From Candidatus Methylomirabilota bacterium (GTDB taxonomy: Bacteria > Methylomirabilota > Methylomirabilia > Rokubacteriales > CSP1-6), in contig JBKOVG010000028.1 of assembly GCA_046723845.1 (NCBI GenBank), forward strand, positions 1 to 57,753: a stretch of 57,753 nucleotides of DNA. The letters run 5' to 3'. This document shows positions 1-8,255 of the stretch, piece by piece. Made by a program: the position numbers and the translations under genes. Numbering within the stretch: position 1 is the first letter of the stretch; every line of letters begins with the position of its first letter. Below the pieces are notes generated by a model. The model did not search any database. It was not told where the DNA came from and saw only the letters and a list, made by a program, of their open reading frames with translations.

Positions 1-328
1 CCGAGACGACGAAGGCCACGGCGCAGGCCGCGTTGACGATCAGCGAGGGGGCAAAGTACCAGAGGGTGCGCGAGGACATCAGCCCCGCCACCGCCTGGAC
101 GAGGGCGATGCCCAAACCGATGGCGGGAGACAACCCAGAGCGAGACTGCCGGCCCTCCCAGAGATACGCCACGACGGCGAGGGCGGTCGGGCCGGCGATT
201 CCCGCCTCGAGCCCGACGAGCTTCCACCCTGCGTAGAAAACGAGCACGGGGCCGCCGGCATCCCGGATGAAGCGCGGCCCATGCCTCACTACGAGCTCGA
301 GCACCGAGCCACCCGCCGCCTGCCGCAT
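1..328 (-). CDS. Integral membrane protein, DUF3159/septation protein A-like (partial, runs off window start)
   Basis: Manually translated from ATG 328: MRQAAGGSVLELVVRHGPRFIRDAGGPVLVFYAGWKLVG...LWYFAPSLIVNAACAVAFVVS. Open to the window edge, several hydrophobic helices, GGGAG RBS upstream. Confidence 0.6.
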   Translation of the reverse strand, partial: MRQAAGGSVLELVVRHGPRFIRDAGGPVLVFYAGWKLVGLEAGIAGPTALAVVAYLWEGRQSRSGLSPAIGLGIALVQAVAGLMSSRTLWYFAPSLIVNAACAVAFVVS

Positions 329-448
329 GGGGGATCTCCCTGGGCCGATTGGCCGACAGGGTGAGCCGCCCGTATGAACGGGTGATGTGGCGGAGGTCAA
401 GAACCGTGAAGCACCCAGACGGGGATCGAGGCGCGGGACAGCCAGAGA

Positions 449-477
449 TTGACCCGGCTGCGCTGGTCCGCCACAAT
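449..477 (+). promoter_or_regulatory. sigma70-type promoter, probably the original tRNA-Val promoter
   Basis: TTGACC (449-454), 17 bp, CACAAT (472-477), ending 8 nt before the tRNA 5' fragment at 486. Confidence 0.7.
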
Positions 478-481
478 CAAG

Positions 482-524
482 GCACGGGCGGATAGCTCAG
501 GTGGAAGAGCACGGACCTTACAAG
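482..524 (+). repeat. Left attachment site: 5' half of tRNA-Val, direct repeat of 35757-35799
   Basis: GCACGGGCGGATAGCTCAGGTGGAAGAGCACGGaCCTTACAAG matches 35757-35799 at 42 of 43 positions (first 33 bp perfect). No T-arm or 3' acceptor strand follows. Confidence 0.93.
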
Positions 525-542
525 ACTTGAAGCGCGCGATCG

Positions 543-583
543 CCCCTCGGTAAGTTGCTGTCTTGGCGAGGGGTTTGTTTTTT
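543..583 (+). terminator. Intrinsic terminator just inside the left att site
   Basis: CCCCTCGgTAAG-loop-CTTGgCGAGGGG hairpin followed by TTTGTTTTTT. Confidence 0.65.
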
Positions 584-630
584 CCGCGCTACGCCGCCAT
601 AGCCTGAATCATCCCGTTTTAGCCCGCCAC

Positions 631-650
631 GGGCACCATTCTGGGCACCA
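631..650 (+). repeat. Putative integrase arm-type binding sites (left)
   Basis: GGGCACCA-ttct-GGGCACCA, 19/20 identical to 35689-35708. Confidence 0.7.
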
Positions 651-908
651 CGTCGTCGGGCCATCGTGTCTCCTCTCAGGGTTCGCTAGGGCTGTCCCAG
701 GACGCTTCGCCCCACGGTGGCCACAGCAGCGCCGCGCCCTCGGCGACGAGCACCAGGCGGACGAGGAGGGTCACGAGGCCGACGCGCGGCCGCGGGCGGC
801 GCCTGGCGCCATCGCGAGGCAGGCCGTCACCGTGTCGGGTCATCGATTCCCTCATCAGTTGCCCCCCTTCGGCCCACGCGGGTGCACGGCGTCGGGGAGG
901 CTCATCAC

Positions 909-1090
909 CTACTGGATGACCTCATCCGCCCGCAGCAGCAGCAATGACTGCGGGATCGTCAGCCCGAGAGCCTTCGCAGCCTTCAGGTTGATGACTAGCT
1001 CGAACTTGGTTGGCTGCTCGACGGGTAGGTCGCCGGGCTTGGCGCCCTTGAGAATCTTGTCCACGTAAGTGGCAGCGCGGCAGCCGACCT
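909..1090 (-). pseudogene. C-terminal remnant of an ABC transporter substrate-binding protein (ABC_sub_bind type)
   Basis: [55 protein letters not shown] is the typical C-terminus of this family; the N-terminal part is missing. Confidence 0.8.
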
Positions 1091-1099
1091 CGGACACGC

Positions 1100-1308
1100 A
1101 ATCCTCGGCATCGGCCATGCCGACGATGCTCTGCGCCAGGCGCACGGCGGGCGCGCGATGCACGATGACGAGCGCCAGGACCTGATCGATCGTCACGCGG
1201 TTGTACCGCGTGGTGAGCGCGAGTCGCCGGGTGCAGCGCGAACGGCGCCATGGGATCGGTGACCTTCATGAGGTTGAGGTCGCCGGTCAGCACCAGCGTC
1301 CGCTTCAT
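1100..1308 (-). pseudogene. N-terminal remnant, possibly CapA/metallophosphatase family
   Basis: [24 protein letters not shown] resembles the start of CapA-type proteins (xxxGDxNL), after which the frame degenerates. The left boundary is approximate. Confidence 0.4.
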
Positions 1309-1367
1309 GGCTCACCATGGTAGGGTCCGAGGGGACCATCGGTCGACGACGAAGCTGGAGGACGGCG

Positions 1368-1772
1368 ATGGGAATCAAGGGCATCGATCACTGGGTCATC
1401 GTCGCGGGTGATCTCGAGCGCACGCTCGACTTCTACCGGAGGCTCGGCTTCACGATCGCCTGGGAGAAGCGCCCGGGCCGTCCCGACATGGCGACGATCC
1501 GGATCAACGACGCGCAGAAGATCAACGTCCACGGGCCGGATGCGCCGGCGCACCCGGCCTACCTCGGCGCGTGCAGACCGACGATCGGGGGCGCCGACTT
1601 CTGCCTCGAATGGGAGGGGAGCGTCGACGAGGTACTCGCCCTGCTCGAGAAGAACGGTGTGAGGCTCGAGGCGGGCCCCGCGCCGCGCACGTGCGCACGC
1701 GGGACCTCGACCAGCGTCTACCTCCGCGACCCCGACGACAACCTGGTCGAGTTCACCGTCTACGGCAGGTGA
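1368..1772 (+). CDS. VOC/glyoxalase family protein
   Basis: IDHWVIVAGDLERTLDFY...GADFCL...SVYLRDPDDNLVE motifs; GGAGG RBS before ATG 1368. Confidence 0.9.
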   Translation: MGIKGIDHWVIVAGDLERTLDFYRRLGFTIAWEKRPGRPDMATIRINDAQKINVHGPDAPAHPAYLGACRPTIGGADFCLEWEGSVDEVLALLEKNGVRLEAGPAPRTCARGTSTSVYLRDPDDNLVEFTVYGR

Positions 1773-1784
1773 CCCGAGGCCGCC

Positions 1785-2471
1785 TCACTGGGCCAGCATC
1801 ACCGTGCGGCCCGTGGCCGACGATCGCTCGATCGCGTCGATGAGCTTGTGGCGCCGGACGGCGAGGTCGAAGTCGACGTCGAACGATCCACGGCTGCGCA
1901 GGGCGTCGGCCGCGCGCGCATAGGCCTGGGCGACGTTGTAGGGCTGACCGGCCGGGGGACCCTCGGGTGCGAAGGCGTACTTGGCGGGCGCCGGCATCGG
2001 CGCCATCGGCTCCTTGCCCCGGCCCGCGAGCAGCTGGCTCGATCCGGTGTTGAACGAGCCGTCCGCGCGCAGCACCAGCGCACCCTTGCGTCGATAGATC
2101 TCGATCCGGTTGCCGCCGGGATTCGAGGGGACGGCGGCCACGTTGACCGCCACCTCGGCGTCTCCCACCATACGACCGACGACTGTGATGCTATCCGGCG
2201 AGTCGACGGTGACCGGCGTGCCCTCGAGCGTGCGCCACTGGGGGATCCGCGTCGTCACGCGGGCCGAGACCTCGGCGAACTCGCCCAGGACCGCCCACAG
2301 GGCGTCGATCGCGTGGCCGCCGGTGATGGTGAGCACGTTGGCGCCGTTCGCCCGGACAGCCTGCCAGATGCGGCCGGGCCCGCGCTGCAGCTGAGCCTGC
2401 ACGACGCAGCTGAGATTCGCCGACAGCACCTCGCCGATGTAGCCCTCCCGGACGAGATCGCGTGCGTGCAT
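1785..2471 (-). pseudogene. Gfo/Idh/MocA oxidoreductase, N-terminally truncated
   Basis: ARDLVREGYIGEV...GGHAIDAL...LIDAIERSSATG is the C-terminal half. The Rossmann domain is absent and the fragment abuts an unrelated one. Confidence 0.75.
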
Positions 2472-2479
2472 GATCGCCG

Positions 2480-2782
2480 GCGCGCTACGCGCTGGTTGAC
2501 GATCGCCATCACGCGCTCGCCGAGGCGGAACGTCGCGCGCTCGCCGACGGCGTCGACCACGCCAGCCAGCTCCATGCCGGGGATGAAGGGCGGTCGGACG
2601 CCCATCTCGGCCAGCTGGTCGACTGTGAACTGCCGCCCGCTGCCGAAGCTGATGTCGATCGGGTTGACCGTCGCCGCCGCGACGGGAATCCGCACCTCGT
2701 CGGCGCCGGGGGTCGGCTCCGGCAGCTCCGACACCTCCAGCACCCCGGGGCCGCCCAGCCGGGAGAAGGTCACGGCGCGCAT
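2480..2782 (-). pseudogene. N-terminal fragment of an MDR-family (zinc ADH/quinone reductase-like) oxidoreductase
   Basis: MRAVTFSRLGGPGVLEVSELPEPTPGADEVRIPVAAATVNPID...PFIPGMELAGVVDAVG; similarity ends after ~100 aa. Confidence 0.75.
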
Positions 2783-2783
2783 G

Positions 2784-3242
2784 TCAGTACCGTCCGCCAA
2801 GCTTGCGGTGGTCCCAGCTCACGATCTTTTCGGGGACGATCTTGAGCACGACGCGCTTGGGCGCGCTGGCCACGGCCCCCTGATTGACTCGCGTCGGATT
2901 CGTCTGCGCGACCGCCCGTCCCTCGAACGCCGCCCGCACCGCGGCCTCGCCCTCGAGGATCTCGCAACGGCCGCGAATCATGACCCCCCGCAGCTCGGCG
3001 TACTCGTCGCCGGCCTCCACCATGAGCGCCACCTTGGGGTTACGCCGGATGTTGACGACCTTCTGGGCCTTACCGTACGAGGTCATGTAGAAGGCGCCGT
3101 CGCGGGCGAAGTAGTTCATGGCCACGACGTGGGGGAATCCGTCCCCGTCGATTGTCGCGAGGGCGGCCCTCTTGCGCTCTCGGAAGAACGCGGCCTGCTC
3201 GTCGGGGGTGAGCTGGATCTGCTGGCGCCGATTGATGGCCAT
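2784..3242 (-). CDS. Pyridoxamine 5'-phosphate oxidase-like (PPOX class) protein
   Basis: ALATIDGDGFPHVVAM...QKVVNIRRNPKVALMVEAG..Y.ELRGVMIRG...SWDHRKL; purine-rich RBS. Confidence 0.88.
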   Translation of the reverse strand: MAINRRQQIQLTPDEQAAFFRERKRAALATIDGDGFPHVVAMNYFARDGAFYMTSYGKAQKVVNIRRNPKVALMVEAGDEYAELRGVMIRGRCEILEGEAAVRAAFEGRAVAQTNPTRVNQGAVASAPKRVVLKIVPEKIVSWDHRKLGGRY

Positions 3243-3261
3243 CTATGGTCTTCTCCTCTCT

Positions 3262-3440
3262 CGCTCCGGGGACCAGCACGATCTTTCCGTAGGCGCGGGG
3301 ACCAGCACGGCCTCGGCCCACGCGGCGCGTTCTTGAGGGGAACCTCCTGTCCGACTTCCGTGCGCAGCGTCCCGTTGTCGAGTGCGGCCACGAGGGCGGC
3401 GTGAATGCTCGCCTTGTCAGCGTCGCTCGCGCTGCCGGCA
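3262..3440 (-). pseudogene. Frameshifted C-terminal remnant of an NADPH:quinone reductase
   Basis: ASIHAALVAALDNGTLRTEVGQEVPL and AYGKIVLVP occur in different frames. Boundaries are approximate. Confidence 0.5.
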
Positions 3441-3917
3441 CGGGCCGTCCCGGTGCACCTCGGCCCAAAGAACGCCGCTCGCAGCAGCCCTTCCTCCAGC
3501 ACGAGCCCGTTCATCGGCCCGAGAATTGTCTTGCGGGGGCAACAAGCCGTCAAGCGCCGCGCAGCGGGCAGACGGCCATTCGGGGCGTCAGCGAAGCGCG
3601 TCAAGACTACAGGCTGGTTGGTTCAGGTGGATGCTGACGGCCGTTGCGCGGCGAAAGGCTTCGCGGTCTCGCTACAGTCAGCCAACTGGCCGCCTTGTAC
3701 CGAATGGATCCTGCAATGCTATGGCCTCTCATCGATTCCGTACGACGAGTCCCATCAGTACGGACTGCCTGGACCGGCACCAGGGCGCCCACGATGGGGA
3801 TCAGGACGAGCAGGAGCTGAACGGCGCCTGCCGCCGGACCGGGCAGCCAGGCATCTTCAAAACGCTGGGCGGGGCACCGACCAGACAGGCGGGCACTGAG
3901 GCTCCGCGAGTATTGAC

Positions 3918-4094
3918 ATGGGGACCGATGCCCTCCCAGACTACTGCCGAGCGGGAGGTCCTATAGCACCTGAACCGCAGACGACGTGGCCCCTGGCCCG
4001 GACGCTGGCGTGGGTCGTCCTCGCCGTGATGGCGGTGGCGCTCTGCTACACGGGTTGGATCGCCATCTCGAACTTCAGCCGGATCGGCGTATGA
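3918..4094 (+). CDS. Small membrane protein upstream of norC (not in ORF track)
   Basis: Manual translation ends ...WPLARTLAWVVLAVMAVALCYTGWIAISNFSRIGV*. The stop overlaps the next ATG (ATGA). Start is uncertain: ATG 3918, or ATA 3963 after GGAGG. Confidence 0.5.
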   Translation: MGTDALPDYCRAGGPIAPEPQTTWPLARTLAWVVLAVMAVALCYTGWIAISNFSRIGV

Positions 4095-4291
4095 CGAGCG
4101 CCCTACTCGTCCTGCTGTCGCTGGCGGTGCTGGGCGCTAGTCTGGCACTCCTGGCGGCGAGCCTGGGCCTGAGCGTGCTAGCGGACGTGCTGGCTGCCGC
4201 ATCCGGTCTGAGCGGCCTCGCGGCCTTCGTGGTGGTCGCCGCCTTCACGGTGCGCCGCGCCCGGCAGCTCGGCAAGGCGGTGCGGCCATGA
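4091..4291 (+). CDS. Small two-helix membrane protein coupled to norC
   Basis: MTSALLVLLSLAVLGASL...FVVVAAFTVRRARQLGKAVRP; ATGA overlaps on both sides. Confidence 0.55.
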   Translation: MTSALLVLLSLAVLGASLALLAASLGLSVLADVLAAASGLSGLAAFVVVAAFTVRRARQLGKAVRP

Positions 4292-5101
4292 CCACGCGCT
4301 CCGCGCGCGCCTTTTTCGTGGTGAGCACGCTGCTCAGCGCGCTGGTCTTCCTCGCGCTCACCATCCAAAGCCACCGCAAGATCCCGGCGCTGACCAACGC
4401 CGCGTCCATCGATGCCATGGTGATCGCGGGCAAGAACGTGTGGCACCGGAACAACTGCATCAACTGCCACACCTTGCTCGGTGAGGGAGCCTACTACGCG
4501 CCCGATCTCACCCAGATCACCGCGCAGCGGGGCGCCGCCTACCTCCGCGAGTTCCTAAAAGACCCATCGCGCTTCTACTCCGAGGAGCGTGATCGCCGGC
4601 TCATGCCCACGCTCCCTCTCCGACAACGACATCACCGCCGTCATAGCGTTCCTCGGATGGGTCAGCAAGATCGATACACAGGGCTGGCCGCCGCGCCCCA
4701 TCCTGGTCAAGGGGAGCGCCGTGCCGGGCGCCAACCTCGGCGCGCCGCCGGCAACGGCCGCGTCCAATGATCCCGTCGAGCTCGGTCGCGTGGCGTTCAG
4801 CTCCACGCCCCCCGGATGCTCGGCCTGTCACTCGATCTCCCCCGGCGTCAACATCGTGGGCCCGACCCTCGCGAGCATCGGCACCACGGCCGCAGCTCGG
4901 ATACGTGCCGCGGACTATCACGGCCACGCGACGGACGCGGCCAGCTACATCCGCGAGTCGATCGTCGATCCGAACGCATACGTACTCGCCGGGCCGACCT
5001 TCTCGGCTGGGGGACGCTCCCTCATGCCGAGCGACTACGCTCACACTCTCAAGCCGGAGCAAGTGGACCACATCGTGGCCTACCTGCTCAGGCTCAAGTA
5101 G
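4288..5101 (+). pseudogene. norC: Nitric oxide reductase cytochrome c subunit with a second heme domain, frameshifted near 4620
   Basis: TM anchor + GKNVWHRNNCINCHTLLGEGAYYAPDLT. It continues in another frame as SDNDITAVIAFLGWVSKIDTQGWPPRP...CSACH...LMP. The shift lies in a CTCTC run. Confidence 0.8.
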
Positions 5102-5111
5102 GGGTGCCGAG

Positions 5112-5390
5112 ATGCGCTACTCGTCCCAGCGTGTCGCATATTCCTACTTCGTCGTGGCCATGCTGCTGTTCGGCCTGCAGGTCGCCTTCGGCCTGCTCGC
5201 GGTGGCCAAGTACCTCGGTCCCGATCCTCTGCTCCAGGTGCTGCCCTTCGACGTGGTCAAGGTCATCCACACCAACCTGCTTCTGGTCTGGGTCCTCACC
5301 GGGTTCATGGGCGCGGCCTACTACGTGGTGCCCGAAGAGTCACGGGTCGAGCTCCACAGCGTGCGGCTAGCCTACTGGCAGCTCGGCATA
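5112..5390 (+). pseudogene. norB: Nitric oxide reductase large subunit, N-terminal fragment
   Basis: MRYSSQRVAYSYF...HTNLLLVWVLTGFMGAAYYVVPEE matches the NorB N-terminus; cut after ~92 aa. Confidence 0.85.
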
Positions 5391-5402
5391 AGCGCCGCCA
5401 GG

Positions 5403-5805
5403 CGCATAGGAAAACATTAAGGGCACTGCGCCCACTTGCGGCGGCCTGCGGGGGGCCGCGAGAATCCCAGCGTTACCTTGGCGGAGCGCCGGACACCGCG
5501 CGATTTTGATCGCACTCCCAGGTGACGGCGTTCTTGCGAGAGGGACGTCGTCCAGAGGTGCGTGAGCGGGGCAGACGGCTGCCCTCGCGGCCGGCGCCGT
5601 CGTTGATCAGGAGACGCTCTGAGCGGCCCGCCGGGCCGCCGGGGGGGGTACCCGGTGGCCCCGGTGTGATCGGGCTGGGGCGGGGCCGGGAGTGTCAGGA
5701 CCCGGCGCCGACTTGAGGTGGGCGAGGATGGCGCGCACGACCGCCGGATCCTGGATGGTGGCGACGACGCGCAGCCGGCCGCCACACCGGGGCAGGCGAC
5801 CAATC
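5403..5805 (-). mobile_element. IS91/ISCR-like rolling-circle transposon remnant (transposase C-terminus plus oriIS-like end)
   Basis: (C)PRCGGRLRVVATIQDPAVVRAILAHL is typical of IS91-family transposase C-termini. The minus strand ends TTAATGTTTTCCTATGCG, which has the TTCCTAT core of oriIS. Confidence 0.6.
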
Positions 5806-5953
5806 AGCACGCGCAACGAATCCGTTGGGGCTAGAGCGTCAAGTCGTGCGACGGCAAGGTATGAGATCAGACAGGAGCGAGGCCACGAACCATGCCGAAG
5901 TGATCTTTGCTCATTCAGGGCGGGATGGAAAGACACCCAGCAGGAGGAGACCC

Positions 5954-6319
5954 ATGGACTCGAAGCCGTCACCGTTCCAGAAGCCACAGAAGCGGCCGCC
6001 CACGTCACAGCCGCCGCCCGAGGAGAAGCCATACGATGAGTTTGCGCGGGACTATGGAGTCTCAAAGCCGTCGTCGCTCCCGTTCGGCAGCCTGTGCCTC
6101 ACGTTGTCGGTCGTGGTCTTCCTTAGTTTGTCGTTCATCTCCTACCAGTTGACGCAGGGTCACGCGGCGAACTGCAGCGTCCTCGACAGCGTCCTGACCG
6201 TGCGGACGTATCGCGAGTGCCTCGCCGAGGGTCACGCCGCCGCACAGGGTGGCGACCTTTCCGTTCCGCTCGCCCTCGTCGGCGCGGTGCGGATGCTGAA
6301 GTGGTATTGGAAGTCCTGA
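5954..6319 (+). CDS. Hypothetical membrane protein
   Basis: Strong AGGAGG RBS before ATG 5954; Pro-rich N-terminus followed by hydrophobic helices. Confidence 0.5.
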   Translation: MDSKPSPFQKPQKRPPTSQPPPEEKPYDEFARDYGVSKPSSLPFGSLCLTLSVVVFLSLSFISYQLTQGHAANCSVLDSVLTVRTYRECLAEGHAAAQGGDLSVPLALVGAVRMLKWYWKS

Positions 6320-6601
6320 CCACGAACTAGGCGGACCGGAGGTCAGGCAGCCTGACCCCGAGCATTACGGGCCGCCAGTCGAGCCTGCCGAGCCCGAGCC
6401 GTAGCACTCCCCTCGACGGGCCTCCCGCGACCCCCAGAGGCCGTCCGGCCGGATCTACGGCTTCGAGCCCCAACTCATTGGCCAACAAGTTGAGCGAGCT
6501 ACGACGGACTCTCTCACTCGCGCAACTCCGACGAGAGCATGACATTCCCCGTCACCCGCAGTGTTCTTCTTCGCTAGGACCTCTCGAGTCAACGTTGGTA
6601 A

Positions 6602-6916
6602 GTGCCCGTTTCGCTTGCGACTGCACTAGTGGCCTCTTTCTTGCTCAACCTTGAGTTTGGTTTTCGTGTCTACCGCTTTAGCCGTATGGCGAGCGCCAAG
6701 TCGGGGAGGATCACAAATGAAGCTGCTAGCCCCTGCTCCGTCGAGGATGCTGCTATTTCTGTTTGGTGCGCTCGCCTTCAGCAAGAGTACGAGCAAGCGA
6801 AGGCCCAACTCACCGCCAAGCGGGAGTCGATTGCTCGCCTAATGTCAGAAGCAAACAGAATCGCGCGTGTGGAACGTGAGCCTCTCCGGCAAGCCAGTGA
6901 GAACGTACGGAATTAA
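6602..6916 (+). CDS. Hypothetical protein with a coiled-coil C-terminus
   Basis: 104-aa ORF in lower-GC DNA with heptad-like RLQQEYEQAKAQLTAKRESIARLMSEA. Confidence 0.3.
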   Translation: MPVSLATALVASFLLNLEFGFRVYRFSRMASAKSGRITNEAASPCSVEDAAISVWCARLQQEYEQAKAQLTAKRESIARLMSEANRIARVEREPLRQASENVRN

Positions 6917-7393
6917 GCCACCCGGATGTCCGGAGAGGACTTGCCCATGATCGTCCGTTGGCCTCCGATCGTGCTCGTCGCGCTTTACTGTCTGCTCGCT
7001 CTTGCCAAGTTGGCCTCCGCTGGGAGTGCATGGGTGCTTCGATTTCTGCTCGCGCCCGTCGTATCCCGTTGGGGCCCTCCTGCTCCACCTGAACCCTCCA
7101 GGGGGTCCGACGCAAGATCTGCAGCGCCTCGTCCGCTTCGTCAGCCCGTGGACACAGCCCTGAATGGTGTCGGGAGAGCTGACCCCTGGCCTGAATCGTC
7201 CTCGTCGTTCTCGCCGGGCCGGCCACTCAAGGCCTCCAGGAATGGCGTTTACGGCTCGTCGGTCACCGCGAAGCGGATCGAATCCCTGAAAAATGGTCGT
7301 GGAGGCCGCTCACCTGTCGTCGTCTCTTACGATTCTGAGCTTCGGGCGAAATTCCCACTCGGTAAGTCACTGAAGCTAGTGATGAGGACGTCT

Positions 7394-7409
7394 AGGTATG
7401 TGCATTGCA
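7394..7409 (+). promoter_or_regulatory. Candidate sigma54 promoter for the flp/tad operon
   Basis: aGGTATGTGCATTGCA has GG-N10-GC spacing, ~100 bp upstream of flp. Confidence 0.5.
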
Positions 7410-7511
7410 GTCCACACTGTACGAGCGGTTTCACAGAACGCCAAGAAATGCAGTTGGGTGCAGTGCATCACATACCTCCCGCACATGCGGTGAGCATAGG
7501 AGGAAGGTGGA

Positions 7512-7688
7512 ATGAAGAAGGTCCTCGGATACCTGAAGGACGAGCAGGGCATCGAGACGCTGGAGTGGATCGCGGTGGGCGCGCTGATCGTGGCGGTGGC
7601 GCTGGTGGTCTATCCCGGCACGCTGCAGGGTGGGCTTCAGACTGTCGTGCAGGCGATCACGGACAAACTCACGGGCATCATCACCTAG
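7512..7688 (+). CDS. flp: Flp family type IVb major pilin (58 aa, absent from ORF track)
   Basis: Manual translation MKKVLGYLKDEQG|IETLEWIAVGALIVAVALVVYPGTLQGGLQTVVQAITDKLTGIIT. DExG cleavage site, Glu at +5, hydrophobic helix, AGGAGG/AAGG RBS; first gene of the tad cluster. Confidence 0.9.
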   Translation: MKKVLGYLKDEQGIETLEWIAVGALIVAVALVVYPGTLQGGLQTVVQAITDKLTGIIT

Positions 7689-7771
7689 GCCGTCGCAGTC
7701 AGAGAACACACACCTCGTGCGCCCCGGGGGCTGGCCAGCCAGCCTCCGGGGTTACGGAGACACAACGAGCA

Positions 7772-8239
7772 GTGCGACACTTGCGATCGGGGAACCAGCG
7801 GGGTACGTCGACACTGGAGTTCGTCGTCGTCCTGCCCACGCTCCTGATCATCTTCCTCGGCGGGCTCGAGCTGAGTCGGGCGTGGCTCACCGCCAACATC
7901 GCCGCCAATGCGGCCCGGGAGGGTGCCCGCGTCGGAGTGGTCACGCCTGCGCTCGGCACGGATCCCAACGCTCCCGTGTTCGACGACACCGCCGCCGTCG
8001 CCCGGATCAACGACATTCTGACCGCCGCGAACCTGACCCCGGCTCCGAGCGGCGTCAGCGTCACCTGCACTCCCCCTCCGTCGCCCCCGCCCGGGCTGAG
8101 CGGGTGCATACCGGACTCGCGGGTCACGGCCTCAGTCACGATCGATTTCGTCACCGTCGCGCCGCTCTTCCTCCCAGTGCTGGGCACTCCGGGCGCCCCC
8201 CTGGTCCTGACCGAAACCACCATCATGCGGCGCGAATAG
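7772..8239 (+). CDS. tadE: TadE-like minor pilin
   Basis: NQRG|TSTLEFVVVLPTLLIIFLGGLE...AAREGAR motif. The real start is GTG 7772 inside track ORF 6926..8239. Confidence 0.9.
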   Translation: MRHLRSGNQRGTSTLEFVVVLPTLLIIFLGGLELSRAWLTANIAANAAREGARVGVVTPALGTDPNAPVFDDTAAVARINDILTAANLTPAPSGVSVTCTPPPSPPPGLSGCIPDSRVTASVTIDFVTVAPLFLPVLGTPGAPLVLTETTIMRRE

Positions 8240-8255
8240 GAAGGTAGGGACAAAC

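Noticed and set aside
486-524. Second tRNA gene
   Set aside because: Only the 5' half is present, the anticodon stem cannot close, and there is no T-arm; it is an att remnant.
1848-3404. 518-aa plus-strand ORF and similar long antisense ORFs elsewhere
   Set aside because: High-GC antisense shadows of recognisable genes on the other strand.
4610-4625. Programmed frameshift or phase variation in norC
   Set aside because: The CT run is short and norB is destroyed. Decay or sequencing error is simpler, as for the indels near 23953 and 42133.
6926-7771. N-terminal 282 aa of track ORF 6926..8239
   Set aside because: It overlaps the flp promoter and flp in another frame. The pilin motif shows TadE starts at 7772.
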